Shown here: one piece after another, positions 10,652 to 21,429 of the stretch
Layout of the letters: every line of letters starts with the position of its first letter
Position numbering within the stretch: position 1 is the first letter of the stretch
DNA from: Methanocaldococcus sp. 16A
GTDB lineage: Archaea; AGJL01; Methanococci; Methanococcales; Methanocaldococcaceae
NCBI GenBank assembly: GCA_049860595.1
Contig: CP187551.1
DNA length: 64,000 bases
Reading direction: 5' to 3' (one strand)
Translations under genes and position numbers: made by a program
Notes under the pieces: model-generated
The model's input: the letters and a program-made list of their open reading frames with translations, nothing else
Told to the model about the DNA's origin: nothing
Database searches by the model: none

Positions 10652-10712
10652 TATGGACTTTTACAGTTTATATATAAATTAAGATATTTATGTTATGATA
10701 CCAAAGTCCTAT
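10652..10712 (+). repeat. Degenerate, internally deleted family A repeat
   Basis: GGACTTTTACAGTTTATATA...AAAGTCCTAT. Confidence 0.6.
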
Positions 10713-10767
10713 ATGATAACATTAGATTTATATACTTTAAAATCCTATCTTCCATTAACTATTTTTA

Positions 10768-10843
10768 ATAGGACTTTCGCAATTTATATATTAAATAAGG
10801 AACTTTGACACCTTGAAAAATTTATTCCAGGCGAAAGGTCTAT
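10768..10843 (+). repeat. Family A repeat (internally shortened)
   Basis: ATAGGACTTTCGCAATTTATATATT...GACACC...GCGAAAGGTCTAT. Confidence 0.8.
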
Positions 10844-10851
10844 TTATAGTT

Positions 10852-10949
10852 TTGTGCAAAAGGATTTATAATGAATAAGGCATTAATGAATGTCTTCCTT
10901 TTGGAAGACATTCAAATTTTCCTTATAAAGTTTAGTTTATTTTGCACAA
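10852..10949. repeat. Second palindromic element, family B
   Basis: 10-bp TIR TTGTGCAAAA/TTTTGCACAA; internal 12-bp hairpin TGAATGTCTTCC-TTTT-GGAAGACATTCA. Confidence 0.7.
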
Positions 10950-11019
10950 TACTATAATTTTTATAACATATAATAATAAATTTACAGTGATAAAATTAAA
11001 AACTATTTTGGTGATATTT

Positions 11020-11412
11020 ATGACAGAAGAACAAAAAAGAAAACTTACTGGAAAAATGAAAAGAATGCTTAGAGCTAAGGCTCATCATTTAGAACCTGTT
11101 GTATGGGTTGGAAAAGAGGGTAGTGAGAAGGTTATTAAAGAAGTAGATAGACAGTTAAAAGATAGAGGTTTGATAAAGGTTAAGGTTAGAAAAGCTGCAT
11201 TGTTATATGAAGATAAATATGAAATCGCTGAAAAGCTTGCTAAGGCATGTGATGCAGAGGTTGTTAGTGTAGTAGGACATGTTATAACTTTATTTAGACC
11301 AAGAGAGGGATGGAAAAAGTATTTGGCTAAAAAACCAAAGAAAAAAGTTAAAAAGGATGAGAAGATTATTGAATTATTTGAGAAGTTTAAAAAGAAAGCA
11401 GTTAAAGAGTAA
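11020..11412 (+). CDS. YhbY/CRM domain RNA-binding protein
   Basis: LRAKAHHLEPVVWVGKEG, LIKVK; ATG after GGTGA. Confidence 0.92.
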   Translation: MTEEQKRKLTGKMKRMLRAKAHHLEPVVWVGKEGSEKVIKEVDRQLKDRGLIKVKVRKAALLYEDKYEIAEKLAKACDAEVVSVVGHVITLFRPREGWKKYLAKKPKKKVKKDEKIIELFEKFKKKAVKE

Positions 11413-11427
11413 TAGTTGAGGGAGAAG

Positions 11428-12363
11428 ATGAAAAAAATCTATATTATTCTTTTACTTCTTTTTGTAATCTTGATTGGTTTAGTGGGGGCAGGTATATTAT
11501 TAGTTATAAGCTTATCAGGAGAAGGTATTGATTTGTTTGGTGGAGAGAAAATAGCTAAGGTTTATTTATGCAATGAAATCTATTTTGACTATAATCAAGA
11601 TGATGGGCTTTTTACAGTTCCTAAAAAGGATGCAAGATATTATATAAATTTATTAAATGATTTAGAGGAGGATGATTCAGTTAAAGGTGTTTTATTGGTT
11701 GTTAATTCACCTGGAGGGGAGGTTATAGCAAGTGAAAAATTAGCAAGAAAGGTTGAAGAACTTGCAAAGAAAAAGCCAGTAGTTGTTTATGTTGAGGGTT
11801 TAGATGCTTCTGGTGCTTATATGGTTTCAGCTCCTGCAAACTATATTGTAGCTGAAAAACATTCAATAGTTGGAAGTATTGGGGTTAGGATGGATTTAAT
11901 GCACTACTATGGATTAATGAAAAAGCTTGGTATAAATGTAACTACAATAAAGGCTGGAAAATATAAAGATATTGGTTCTCCATTTAGACCAATGACTAAA
12001 GAAGAGAAAGAATATTTAGAAAAAATGATAAACGAAACATATATGGACTTTGTTAAATGGGTAGCAGAACATAGAAACTTGTCAATCAATTATACACTAA
12101 AAATAGCAGATGGGAAAATATATACTGGAGAGGATGCTAAAAAAGTAGGATTAGTTGATGAGGTTGGAACAGAAGAAACTGCTTTGAAAAAATTGGAAGA
12201 ACTTGCCAATGTTTCAAATCCTGAGATTGTTGAGTATGGTTTAGAGAAGGATAGTGGATTATTTGGATTAACATATTATTTAGGTTATGGAATTGGGAAA
12301 GGTCTTGGAGAAGTTTTATATGGATTGGAAAAAATTAATGGAAGAGTTGAGTTATTAAGTTAA
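11428..12363 (+). CDS. sppA: Signal peptide peptidase (S49)
   Basis: NSPGG, ASGAY, VGSIGV, GKYKD. Confidence 0.93.
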   Translation: MKKIYIILLLLFVILIGLVGAGILLVISLSGEGIDLFGGEKIAKVYLCNEIYFDYNQDDGLFTVPKKDARYYINLLNDLEEDDSVKGVLLVVNSPGGEVIASEKLARKVEELAKKKPVVVYVEGLDASGAYMVSAPANYIVAEKHSIVGSIGVRMDLMHYYGLMKKLGINVTTIKAGKYKDIGSPFRPMTKEEKEYLEKMINETYMDFVKWVAEHRNLSINYTLKIADGKIYTGEDAKKVGLVDEVGTEETALKKLEELANVSNPEIVEYGLEKDSGLFGLTYYLGYGIGKGLGEVLYGLEKINGRVELLS

Positions 12364-12395
12364 AATTAAGTTATTTTTTTAATTATTTTTTTTGA

Positions 12396-13736
12396 TTATT
12401 TTAACTTTTTTAAAGCATCTTCAGCAGCTAATGATAATGGTTCATGAACCATCGAGACTGGTGGAGCATAGCAGAACTCCATATTTGCAAGCTCTTCTGC
12501 TGAAACTCCTTTAAATATTGCTATTGACATAGCATCAATTCTTTCAGCAACTCTCTCTCCACCAACTATTTGGCATCCAATAACTTTACCTTCTTCATTA
12601 AATATCATCTTTATATCAATTTCTTTTCCTCCTGGGTAGTATCTTGCTCTTGTTAATGCCTTTGCTCTTCCTATAACTATTGGAATTCTTTTTAAATTTG
12701 CACTAAATGCTGTTAATCCAGTACCTCCAATTTCTAACTCTCCTATTTTACTGACAGCAGAGTTTAAAACTGGATAGAACTTTGCCTCAACTCCAGCTAT
12801 GTTTTTACCAGCTACTTTTCCTTGCCTTACAGCAGTAGTTCCAAATGGCGATAATGTTTTCTCTCCAGTTATAAAATCTATAACTTCAACACAATCCCCA
12901 ACAGCATAGATGTTTGGAATGGATGTTTGCATCTTTTCATTTACTTCTATTGCAAACTTTCCTATTTTACAGCCAGCTTTTTTTGCTAATTCTATATTTG
13001 GTCTTACACCAGTAGCCATTATAACCATATCAACATCATATAGCTTTTTATCAACACAAACCGCCTCAACTTTTTCTTTTCCAACAATCTTTTCCAATGG
13101 TTTTGATAATATAATTTTAATTCCTTCTTTTTCTAAATATTTTTGAACTATTTCAGCCATATCTGGGTCTAAGAATCTTGGTAACACTTGCGGAGCCATT
13201 TCAACAACTAAGACATCTAAACCTCTTTTCTTTAAACCATAAGCCATTTCTAAACCAATAGCTCCAGCACCAACAACAGCAACTTTTTTGCAGTTATTTT
13301 CTTCAATGTATTTTAATATTGCTTTTCCATCCTCAATAGTTCTAACTTTAAACACTCCTTCTAAATCTTTCCCTTCAATTGGGGGGATAAATGGCTCAGC
13401 CCCAGTAGCTAAAACTAAATAATCATAATCCATCTCAAACTCATTTCCATCTTTATCTACACACTTTATTTTGTTATTTTTTGAATCAACATCTACAACA
13501 GTGGTTTCAGTTAATATCTCAATGTTTCTTTCTTTTTTGTAATCTTCTGGAGTGTGCATAATAATGTCATCAAAGCTTTTTATAACTCCTTCAATAACAT
13601 AAGGAATTGCACAAGGTGAGTAAGCAATATCTTTTTCTTTTGTTATTACAACTACTTCAATCTCTTTGTTGTATTTTCTAATTGTTGATGCTGTTGTTAA
13701 TCCACCAGCTCCACTTCCTACTATTATAGCTCTCAT
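12396..13736 (-). CDS. NADH oxidase / CoA-disulfide reductase family flavoprotein
   Basis: Two GxGxxG motifs, AYSPC redox Cys, YAPP. Confidence 0.9.
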   Translation of the reverse strand: MRAIIVGSGAGGLTTASTIRKYNKEIEVVVITKEKDIAYSPCAIPYVIEGVIKSFDDIIMHTPEDYKKERNIEILTETTVVDVDSKNNKIKCVDKDGNEFEMDYDYLVLATGAEPFIPPIEGKDLEGVFKVRTIEDGKAILKYIEENNCKKVAVVGAGAIGLEMAYGLKKRGLDVLVVEMAPQVLPRFLDPDMAEIVQKYLEKEGIKIILSKPLEKIVGKEKVEAVCVDKKLYDVDMVIMATGVRPNIELAKKAGCKIGKFAIEVNEKMQTSIPNIYAVGDCVEVIDFITGEKTLSPFGTTAVRQGKVAGKNIAGVEAKFYPVLNSAVSKIGELEIGGTGLTAFSANLKRIPIVIGRAKALTRARYYPGGKEIDIKMIFNEEGKVIGCQIVGGERVAERIDAMSIAIFKGVSAEELANMEFCYAPPVSMVHEPLSLAAEDALKKLK

Positions 13737-13858
13737 TTCCTCACCATTTTTTATGAGGTTATTTGGTTTTCTATTAACTAAATTATTTTTTATTCTTTTT
13801 GATGGTTATAATTGTGCCAAAAAGATGAACTTTATTAAACTTTCATAAAAAATTATTA

Positions 13859-13952
13859 TTAGGACTTTTACAGGAATAAATTTCTTAGGATAAATTGACG
13901 CCCTTTGAGCATCTAAGTTATTTATTAGATATATAAACTGCGAAAGTCCTAA
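13859..13952 (-). repeat. Family A repeat, reverse orientation
   Basis: TTAGGACTTTTACAGGAAT...TATATAAACTGCGAAAGTCCTAA. Confidence 0.85.
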
Positions 13953-14447
13953 TTATTTTAGCTCATCTAAACTCTTAGAGACACAAAATTCACATAGGGA
14001 ATATTCATTGAGTTGTTTATTTTTAACTGGACAGTAATAGTTATTTCCTTTCTTAATAATCTTTACATTTCCAGGAAATGTTAAATACTCTGGATGTAGT
14101 GGTTTTTTAGCAATAAAAGATAGATATGGGCAGAGAATTTTTGAGAGATTTATAAATCTCTCTTCATCTGGCGTATTATATTTTCTAAACTTTTCTATCC
14201 TTTTAAGCATTTCATTTAATTTTTCTTCATCAATTTCTTCATCATTAAGTTCTTCAACTTTTTTATTTTTAATCTCGTTGAATGTTTCAATTAAATACTT
14301 CATCATCGCCTCAACATAATGATTTTTGTATTTTTCTGGAAGATACTTAGCATCTTTTTCAATAAAGCTTCTAATCATCATAATATCATATATGCTAAAA
14401 CCATTAAGCTCTTTTTTTAATTTTTCAAATAATTCTCTTGCTTTCAT
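13953..14447 (-). CDS. DUF2115 / UPF0305 methanogen protein
   Basis: KPLHP..FPG..YYCPVK..SLCEFC. Confidence 0.85.
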   Translation of the reverse strand: MKARELFEKLKKELNGFSIYDIMMIRSFIEKDAKYLPEKYKNHYVEAMMKYLIETFNEIKNKKVEELNDEEIDEEKLNEMLKRIEKFRKYNTPDEERFINLSKILCPYLSFIAKKPLHPEYLTFPGNVKIIKKGNNYYCPVKNKQLNEYSLCEFCVSKSLDELK

Positions 14448-14461
14448 ATTCTCCCAAAATA

Positions 14462-15037
14462 TTAAAATGCTTTTTCTATCATAAAGCATAAAACTGCCAC
14501 AATTAAAGCTCCAACAACCATCTTTATACCTGAAATTACAACATTTTCCTTAGAAATCTTTCCTATAAACACTCCTAATATGAATAGTATTACTATAGTT
14601 ATTGCTATTGCTGCATATAAAGCTGTTTTTATATCAAATAAAAAGAAGGGGATTACAGGGAGAGCAGAACCCATAGCTGTTGATATTCCATCAATAAGCC
14701 CACAAATCATCGTTTCTCTAATTGCCTTTTTGTAAATTATTGACTTCTTTAAATATCCATTCTGCTTTAATAAACTCTTTTCTTTTTGTATTCTTTCTCT
14801 CTCTAATGATGCCTTTTCAGCAGTAAATGCTCCAAGAATATTGGATAATCCGTTAGCTATCCCCCCTCCAAGCCCAGCAGCTATAATAACAGATGCATCA
14901 GCTGAACCACTCGCTCCAATAACAACTCCAAGAGCTGATAGAGAGCCATCAATAAGCCCTCTAACTATATATCTTGTCCCAGATTCTCCATTTATTATAT
15001 TTATAATAGATTTCAGACTACGCGGAACACTCAACAC
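14462..15037 (-). CDS. VIT1/CCC1-like membrane protein (TIGR00267-like)
   Basis: RYIVRGLIDG, about 5 TMs. Confidence 0.8.
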   Translation of the reverse strand: MLSVPRSLKSIINIINGESGTRYIVRGLIDGSLSALGVVIGASGSADASVIIAAGLGGGIANGLSNILGAFTAEKASLERERIQKEKSLLKQNGYLKKSIIYKKAIRETMICGLIDGISTAMGSALPVIPFFLFDIKTALYAAIAITIVILFILGVFIGKISKENVVISGIKMVVGALIVAVLCFMIEKAF

Positions 15038-15056
15038 TTATCACCCATCAGATTTT

Positions 15057-15647
15057 TTATTTTAAATTTAAAATATCTCTTAAATCTTGCCCTCTTAAAA
15101 TTCTTTCTCTAATTTTTCTCTCCTTCTCTTTTATATTTTTAGCATTTTCAATAATCTCTTGAAGACTTTCTTTTTTTATAACTGCTACTCCATTACAATC
15201 TCCTACAACTATATCTCCTGGCTCTATCAAAACATCACCACATCTAACAGGAACATTTATCCTTCCAAGATTTAAAGGTTTTCCTGCATTTGGACAGAAA
15301 TTTTTTGCAAAAACTGAGAACTTTAAAGCTTTTATATCCTCAACATCTCTAACACATCCATCTATAACTACCCCTCTAACCCCCTTTATTTTAGCATTTA
15401 GTGAAGCTAATCCTCCCCAAACAGCTGTTTCATATTTTTTTTCGCCAGTAACTTCAGCAACAATAAATTTATTTTTGGCAAAGCTTATTGATTTTATTAA
15501 AGTTCCCCAATCATCATAGTTTATCTTTACAGTTATAGCTTCACCAAAAACAAGCTTTTGATTATCTAAAATAGGTTTAATACCCTTTAATGGCTTAGCC
15601 CCAGCATCACACAAATTAGGAACTGAAAAATTTTTTAAGATATTCAT
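15057..15647 (-). CDS. RraA family protein (HMG aldolase-like)
   Basis: AVWGG, IDGCVRD, PGDIVVGD. Confidence 0.9.
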   Translation of the reverse strand: MNILKNFSVPNLCDAGAKPLKGIKPILDNQKLVFGEAITVKINYDDWGTLIKSISFAKNKFIVAEVTGEKKYETAVWGGLASLNAKIKGVRGVVIDGCVRDVEDIKALKFSVFAKNFCPNAGKPLNLGRINVPVRCGDVLIEPGDIVVGDCNGVAVIKKESLQEIIENAKNIKEKERKIRERILRGQDLRDILNLK

Positions 15648-15656
15648 AAACCTCCC

Positions 15657-16628
15657 TTATAACAATTTTTCAGCAACTTCCTTAGCCCAATATGTAATGA
15701 TAAAATCAGCACCAGCCCTTTTTATACTTAGCAGTACTTCATAAATAACTCTCTCTCTATCCAACCATCCATTTTTAGCAGCTGCCTCAACCATTGCATA
15801 TTCTCCGCTAACACAGTAGCCACCAATAGGCACATTGAAGTTATCTTTAGCCATCCTTATTATATCTAAATATGGTAAAGCTGGTTTAATTAATATTAAA
15901 TCAGCCCCTTCCTCTATATCTAAGGCAATTTCTTTTAAAGCCTCTCTTGAATTTCCTATGTCCATTTGATAGCTCTTCCTATCCCCAAACTTTGGGGCAC
16001 TTTCAGCTGCTTCTCTAAAAGGTCCATAAAATGATGATGCATATTTTGCAGAGTAACTCATTATTGCAACATCATCATAGCCATTATCTTCTAAAACCTC
16101 TCTTATTGCTCTAACCCTACCATCCATCATATCTGATGGAGCAACAATATCAACCCCTGCTTCAGCATAAGATAAAGCTATCTTTGATAATATAGGTAGA
16201 GTAACATCATTTAAAATCTTTCCATTTTTAACAATTCCACAATGTCCATGGCTTGTATATTCACACAAACAACAATCTGCTATAACTAAAAGCTCATCTC
16301 CAAGCTCTTCCTTAATTCCTCTTATAGTTTTTTGAACAACTCCATTTTTATCATAGGCAGAGCTTCCTATCTCATCTTTATACTTTGGAATGCCAAACAA
16401 TATTACAGCTGGGATTCCTAAATCAGCTATTTCTTTTGCTTCTTCTATAGCTCCTTCTACACTAAATCTATATTGATTAGGCATTGAGCTAATTTCTTTC
16501 TTTTCCTTACCTTTTAAATTTTCATCTACAAAGATTGGCATTATTAAATCATTTTTTGTTAAGGTTGTTTCTCTAACTAAATCTCTAATTTTTTGGTTTT
16601 TTCTTAATCTTCTTGGTCTTATTAACAT
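15657..16628 (-). CDS. hemB: Porphobilinogen synthase
   Basis: [34 protein letters not shown]. Confidence 0.97.
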   Translation of the reverse strand: MLIRPRRLRKNQKIRDLVRETTLTKNDLIMPIFVDENLKGKEKKEISSMPNQYRFSVEGAIEEAKEIADLGIPAVILFGIPKYKDEIGSSAYDKNGVVQKTIRGIKEELGDELLVIADCCLCEYTSHGHCGIVKNGKILNDVTLPILSKIALSYAEAGVDIVAPSDMMDGRVRAIREVLEDNGYDDVAIMSYSAKYASSFYGPFREAAESAPKFGDRKSYQMDIGNSREALKEIALDIEEGADLILIKPALPYLDIIRMAKDNFNVPIGGYCVSGEYAMVEAAAKNGWLDRERVIYEVLLSIKRAGADFIITYWAKEVAEKLL

Positions 16629-16743
16629 TAATGCTCACCTTAATTTTTTATTTTTCCACATAAAATATTTAAAAAATTAATTTATAAAAGTTAAAATTAA
16701 TTAAATTATAACTGAAAGCTATTTATTAAATTTGGTGATTATC

Positions 16744-17049
16744 ATGATTGTTATATATACAACATTTCCAGACTGGGAAAGTGCTGAAAAAGTAGTTAAG
16801 TCTCTTCTTGAGAGAAAGTTAATTGCATGTGCAAATTTGAGAGAACATAGGGCATTATATTGGTGGGAAGGAAAGATTGAGGATGATAATGAAATAGGGG
16901 CTATTTTAAAGACGGATGATGATAAGTGGGAAGAGGTAAAAAAGGTTATTAAGGAATTACATCCTTATACAACACCTTTAATTATGAAGATGAATATTGA
17001 TGATGTGAATGATGAGTATATGAAATGGCTAAAAGATGTTGTAGGATAA
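16744..17049 (+). CDS. cutA: Divalent-cation tolerance protein CutA
   Basis: YTTFPD, LIACAN, YWWEGKIE, LHPY. Confidence 0.93.
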   Translation: MIVIYTTFPDWESAEKVVKSLLERKLIACANLREHRALYWWEGKIEDDNEIGAILKTDDDKWEEVKKVIKELHPYTTPLIMKMNIDDVNDEYMKWLKDVVG

Positions 17050-17131
17050 GAATTTTGCATAAATAAATATCCTATTGAATAGTGACTCCTCTTAGTGTCT
17101 AAATTCAATATATAAACTGTAAAAAGTCTAT
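17046..17131 (-). repeat. Degenerate family A repeat
   Basis: TATTGAATAGTGAC..GTGTC..AATATATAAACTGTAAAAAGTCTAT. Confidence 0.55.
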
Positions 17132-17207
17132 ATGATAAAATTTATAAACTTCCTGCTAAAATAGAAAATACCCAAATATCACCATAAGAATTTTTTGAGG
17201 GATAGTC

Positions 17208-18452
17208 ATGTTTTTAACATTGGATGATTTTAATTTTGATGAGAAAAGAGTAGTTTTGAGAGTAGATATAAACTGTCCAATAGACCCAAATACTGGAGAG
17301 ATTTTAGATGATAAGAGAATTAGAGAGATTAAAAACACAATTACAGAGCTTATAAACAAAAATGCTAAGGTTGTTATCTTAGCCCACCAAAGTAGGCCAG
17401 GGAAAAAAGATTTTACAACATTAAAAAACCACGCAAAGGTATTATCAGATGTTATTGGTAAGGAGGTAGAGTATATTGATGAAGTTATAGGCTCTACAGC
17501 GAGAGAAGCAATAACCAATATGAAAAGTGGAGATGTTATATTGTTAGAGAACGTTAGATTTTATTCTGAAGAGGTTTTAAGTGATTGGAAAAAATGGAAG
17601 GATATTACACCAAAAAAACAGGCAGAAACAAATTTAATTAAAAGATTGGCTCCTCTTTTTGATTACTTTGTTAATGATGCCTTTGCAGCTGCACATAGGG
17701 CTCAGCCATCATTAGTTGGTTTCTCTCATTATATGCCAATGATTGCAGGAAGATTGATGGAGAGAGAGGTAGGAGTTTTATCAAAGGTTTTAGAAAATCC
17801 TGAAAGACCTTGTGTTTATGTTTTAGGTGGAGCTAAGGCAGATGATTCAATAAGAGTTATGAAAAATGTTTTAGAAAATGGAACAGCTGATAAAGTTTTA
17901 ACCTCTGGAATTGTTGCTAACATATTCCTTGTAGCTATGGGATATGATTTGGGAGTTAATGTGGATGTTATAGAAAATCTTGGATTGAAAAGTCAAATAG
18001 AAATTGCTAAAGAGTTGTTAGATAAATTTGAAGATAAAATAATAGTTCCTATAGATGTAGCTCTAAATATTAATGAAGAGAGAGTTGAAGCTGATTTAAA
18101 TAAAGATGAAAAAGTAGAGCATTTAATTAATGATATTGGAGAGAAAACTATTGGACTTTACAGTGAAATTATTAATGAGGCAAATACTATCGTTGCTAAC
18201 GGTCCTGCAGGTGTGTTTGAAAAAGAGGAGTTTGCAAAAGGTACTGAGGAGTTGTTGAAGGCAATAGCTAACTCAAAAGGATTTTCAGTTATTGGAGGAG
18301 GACATTTATCAGCTGCAGCAGAGTTATTTGGAATTGCTGATAAAATAGACCACGTTAGTACCGGAGGTGGAGCTACCTTAGATTTCTTAGCTGGAGAAAA
18401 ATTGCCAGTAATAGAAATGCTTAAGGAATCATATAAAAAATATAAAGGATAA
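17208..18452 (+). CDS. pgk: Phosphoglycerate kinase
   Basis: [32 protein letters not shown]. Confidence 0.97.
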   Translation: MFLTLDDFNFDEKRVVLRVDINCPIDPNTGEILDDKRIREIKNTITELINKNAKVVILAHQSRPGKKDFTTLKNHAKVLSDVIGKEVEYIDEVIGSTAREAITNMKSGDVILLENVRFYSEEVLSDWKKWKDITPKKQAETNLIKRLAPLFDYFVNDAFAAAHRAQPSLVGFSHYMPMIAGRLMEREVGVLSKVLENPERPCVYVLGGAKADDSIRVMKNVLENGTADKVLTSGIVANIFLVAMGYDLGVNVDVIENLGLKSQIEIAKELLDKFEDKIIVPIDVALNINEERVEADLNKDEKVEHLINDIGEKTIGLYSEIINEANTIVANGPAGVFEKEEFAKGTEELLKAIANSKGFSVIGGGHLSAAAELFGIADKIDHVSTGGGATLDFLAGEKLPVIEMLKESYKKYKG

Positions 18453-18609
18453 TTATTTTTAATTTTTTATTTTTGCATCTAATAATAGAAAATTTTTATC
18501 TTATAATTATAAGGTTAAATCAAGTATTTAAAATATAAGCAAATCGAAAGTTTTAAAAGAAATGGTATTAAAAATTAAAAAGACAATATTACCAAAGAAA
18601 GGGGATTCT

Positions 18610-19584
18610 ATGAATTTAAAAAAAGTTATTGATGAGATAAGAAATTTTGAAGGAATCTTAAGGAAGGTAGCTATTAAAGATGTTGTAGAGACCTTTGATT
18701 TTGATGATGAGGATTATGAATTTGATATTATAGTAGATTTTGGAGATGATGCTGCTGTTATAGGAATAGATGGAGATAATGCTATTTTATTAGCTGCTGA
18801 TGGAATTTGGGGTAAGCTCTTAGAGGCAGACCCTTGGTGGGCAGGTTACTGTTCAGTTTTAGTTAATTGTAAAGACATAGCGGCAATGGGAGGAAAATGT
18901 GTAGGGATGACTAATATAATAAGTATAAAAGATAAAGATATCTGCAGAGAGGTTTTAAAAGGAGTTAAGGATGGAGTGAAAAAATTTGGAGTGCCAATGG
19001 TTGGAGGGCATACACATCCAGATGCTATGTGCAATGTCTTAGATGTTTCTATAACAGGCATTGCTAAAAAAGATTGTATATTGAGAAGTGATAATGCAAA
19101 AATTGGGGATAAAATTATCTTTGCTTATGACTTAGTTGGGCAAATTTATAAATCATTCCCATTGAATTGGGACACAACAACAATGAAATCAAAGAAGTTA
19201 GTTAAAGCCCAGATGGATGCTTTAGTTCAAATTGCAGAGAATAAATTAGCTAATTCATGTAAAGATATAAGCAATCCAGGAGCTATTGGAACTTTAGGTA
19301 TGCTTTTGGAAGTTTCAAGGAAAGGGGGTATTGTAGATATAACAAAAATTCCTAAACCAGAAGAGATTGATTTAATCCACTGGCTTAAAGTTTATCCTGG
19401 TAGTGGTTATGTTCTAACTGCGAGAGAAGAAAACTTTAGAGAAATTAGGAATATTTTTGAAGATGTTGAAATAACTGCAGAAATTTGTGGTGAAGTTATC
19501 TCTGATAAAAAACTATACATCACTGATGGTGAAAATAAAGAAGTTGTTTTTAATTTTGAGAAAGAGTTTATTTGTGGCTGCTGA
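18610..19584 (+). CDS. Methanogenesis marker protein 2 (PurM/ThiL-like AIR synthase family)
   Basis: GDDAA, DIAAMGG, VGGHTHPD, KDISNPG. Confidence 0.88.
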   Translation: MNLKKVIDEIRNFEGILRKVAIKDVVETFDFDDEDYEFDIIVDFGDDAAVIGIDGDNAILLAADGIWGKLLEADPWWAGYCSVLVNCKDIAAMGGKCVGMTNIISIKDKDICREVLKGVKDGVKKFGVPMVGGHTHPDAMCNVLDVSITGIAKKDCILRSDNAKIGDKIIFAYDLVGQIYKSFPLNWDTTTMKSKKLVKAQMDALVQIAENKLANSCKDISNPGAIGTLGMLLEVSRKGGIVDITKIPKPEEIDLIHWLKVYPGSGYVLTAREENFREIRNIFEDVEITAEICGEVISDKKLYITDGENKEVVFNFEKEFICGC

Positions 19585-19613
19585 TTTTTAATATAATTTT
19601 TAATGGTGAAATC

Positions 19614-19901
19614 ATGAAATTAGCTGTAGATGCTGTTTTTTATGTAAGGGAAGGGTTTAATTTTGAAAAAGCATTTAAAGAGGTTTTAAAAATTTTAGGA
19701 GATGATGTGAAAATCTTATCTGTTGAATATCCTGAGTTAGCTTTAATTTCAGAGAACGGCTATTATTATAGATGTGGATTTATGCTCGATAAAGAGTTAA
19801 AAGAAGAATTAGACAGAGAGGAGATTAATAAAATTAAAGAAAAAATTAAAAAGTTGTTTGAAGATGAGATAATCTATACATTAACATGTGAGATATTATG
19901 A
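19614..19901 (+). CDS. Hypothetical protein
   Basis: GGTGA RBS; 4-bp overlap with the next gene. Confidence 0.75.
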   Translation: MKLAVDAVFYVREGFNFEKAFKEVLKILGDDVKILSVEYPELALISENGYYYRCGFMLDKELKEELDREEINKIKEKIKKLFEDEIIYTLTCEIL

Positions 19902-20575
19902 AAGAAGTTAAAAATTTTTATGATAAATGGGAACCAGAGGATTTTCCAAACTATATAAAACTTCTTATGAATTTTGCTGATGGGCTGATTTTTGAAGAAA
20001 TATATTTATTGTTAAAAAAATTTGAAAATAAAAAAGATTTTTTGGTTTTAGATTGTGGATGCGGATTTGGAGCTTTTTATAATTTAACAAAAGACTTTAA
20101 CACAATATATTTAGATATATCATTAAATTTGCTCAAAAAATTTAACATCAAAGAGCGAAAAATTTGTGGCAACATATTACATTTACCTTTTAAAGATAAC
20201 ACGTTTGATTTAGTTTTGTGTATAAATGTGTTAGAACATGTAGATTATTTAAAAGCGTTAAATGAAATAAAGAGAGTTTTAAAAAATAATGGGGAGTTAA
20301 TAGTTGTGGTTGTAAATAGAAATAGCTTAATTAGAGAAGAAATATTTAATGATTTTGATATTTTCCATAATCCTTTATCTATTGAAAATTTTAATGTAAC
20401 TGGATTTAAAATTGTTTATTCAAACTCAGTATATTTTTTACCTTCAATTTTTAAGATATTTCCACCAATAATTTTATCAAAAATCATAGAATATTGGAAG
20501 CCAATAGATAAAAAATTTTCAAAGATTTTAAAAAATAAAGGTCAGTTTTTAATTGTTGAAATGGTGAAAGAATGA
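19898..20575 (+). CDS. Class I SAM-dependent methyltransferase
   Basis: VLDCGCGFG, LPFKDNTFD, VLEH. Confidence 0.9.
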   Translation: MKEVKNFYDKWEPEDFPNYIKLLMNFADGLIFEEIYLLLKKFENKKDFLVLDCGCGFGAFYNLTKDFNTIYLDISLNLLKKFNIKERKICGNILHLPFKDNTFDLVLCINVLEHVDYLKALNEIKRVLKNNGELIVVVVNRNSLIREEIFNDFDIFHNPLSIENFNVTGFKIVYSNSVYFLPSIFKIFPPIILSKIIEYWKPIDKKFSKILKNKGQFLIVEMVKE

Positions 20576-21396
20576 GTAAAGCAGTTATTTACACATTACC
20601 AAAAGGGACTTACAGTGAAAAAGCTGCAAAGAAATTTTTAGATTACATTGATGGTAATTATAGAATAGATTATTGCAATTCCATATATGATGTGTTTGAA
20701 AATGTAGATAACAATGGTTTAGGAGTGGTTCCAATAGAAAACTCTATTGAAGGCTCTGTATCTTTAACACAGGATTTATTGTTGCAATTTAAAAATATTA
20801 AAATATTAGGAGAGTTGGCTATAGATATACATCATAATTTAATAGGCTATGATAAAAATAAGATAAAAACAGTTATTTCTCATCCACAGGCATTGGCTCA
20901 ATGCAGAAATTATATAAAAAAACATAACTGGGAAGTTAAGGCAGTAGAAAGCACAGCTAAAGCAGTTAAGATAGTTGCTGAAAGTAAAGATGAAACTTTG
21001 GGAGCTATCGGCTCAAAAGAATCAGCGGAATATTATAACTTAAAAATATTGGATGAAAATATTGAAGATTATAAAAACAATAGGACGAGATTTATTTTAA
21101 TTGGCAAAAATGTGAAATTTAAAACACTTCCAAAAAAATACAAAGTTTCAATTGTTTTTGAATTAAAAGAAGATAAACCAGGAGCTTTATATCATATTTT
21201 AAAAGAGTTTGCTGAAAGAAATATAAATTTAACGAGGATTGAGTCAAGACCTTCAAAAAAGAGATTAGGAACTTATATATTTTACATTGATTTTGAAGAC
21301 ATTGATGGTAAAGAAAAGTTGGATGATATTTTAAAATCCTTAGAGAGGCATACAACATTTATCATTCTTTTAGGAAGATATCCAGTTTTTGAGTAA
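20572..21396 (+). CDS. pheA: Prephenate dehydratase
   Basis: PIENSIEG, SHPQALAQC, TRF, ESRP (ACT domain). Confidence 0.96.
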   Translation: MSKAVIYTLPKGTYSEKAAKKFLDYIDGNYRIDYCNSIYDVFENVDNNGLGVVPIENSIEGSVSLTQDLLLQFKNIKILGELAIDIHHNLIGYDKNKIKTVISHPQALAQCRNYIKKHNWEVKAVESTAKAVKIVAESKDETLGAIGSKESAEYYNLKILDENIEDYKNNRTRFILIGKNVKFKTLPKKYKVSIVFELKEDKPGALYHILKEFAERNINLTRIESRPSKKRLGTYIFYIDFEDIDGKEKLDDILKSLERHTTFIILLGRYPVFE

Positions 21397-21429
21397 TAAT
21401 TTCTCGGAGATTAGTATTTTTTATTATAA

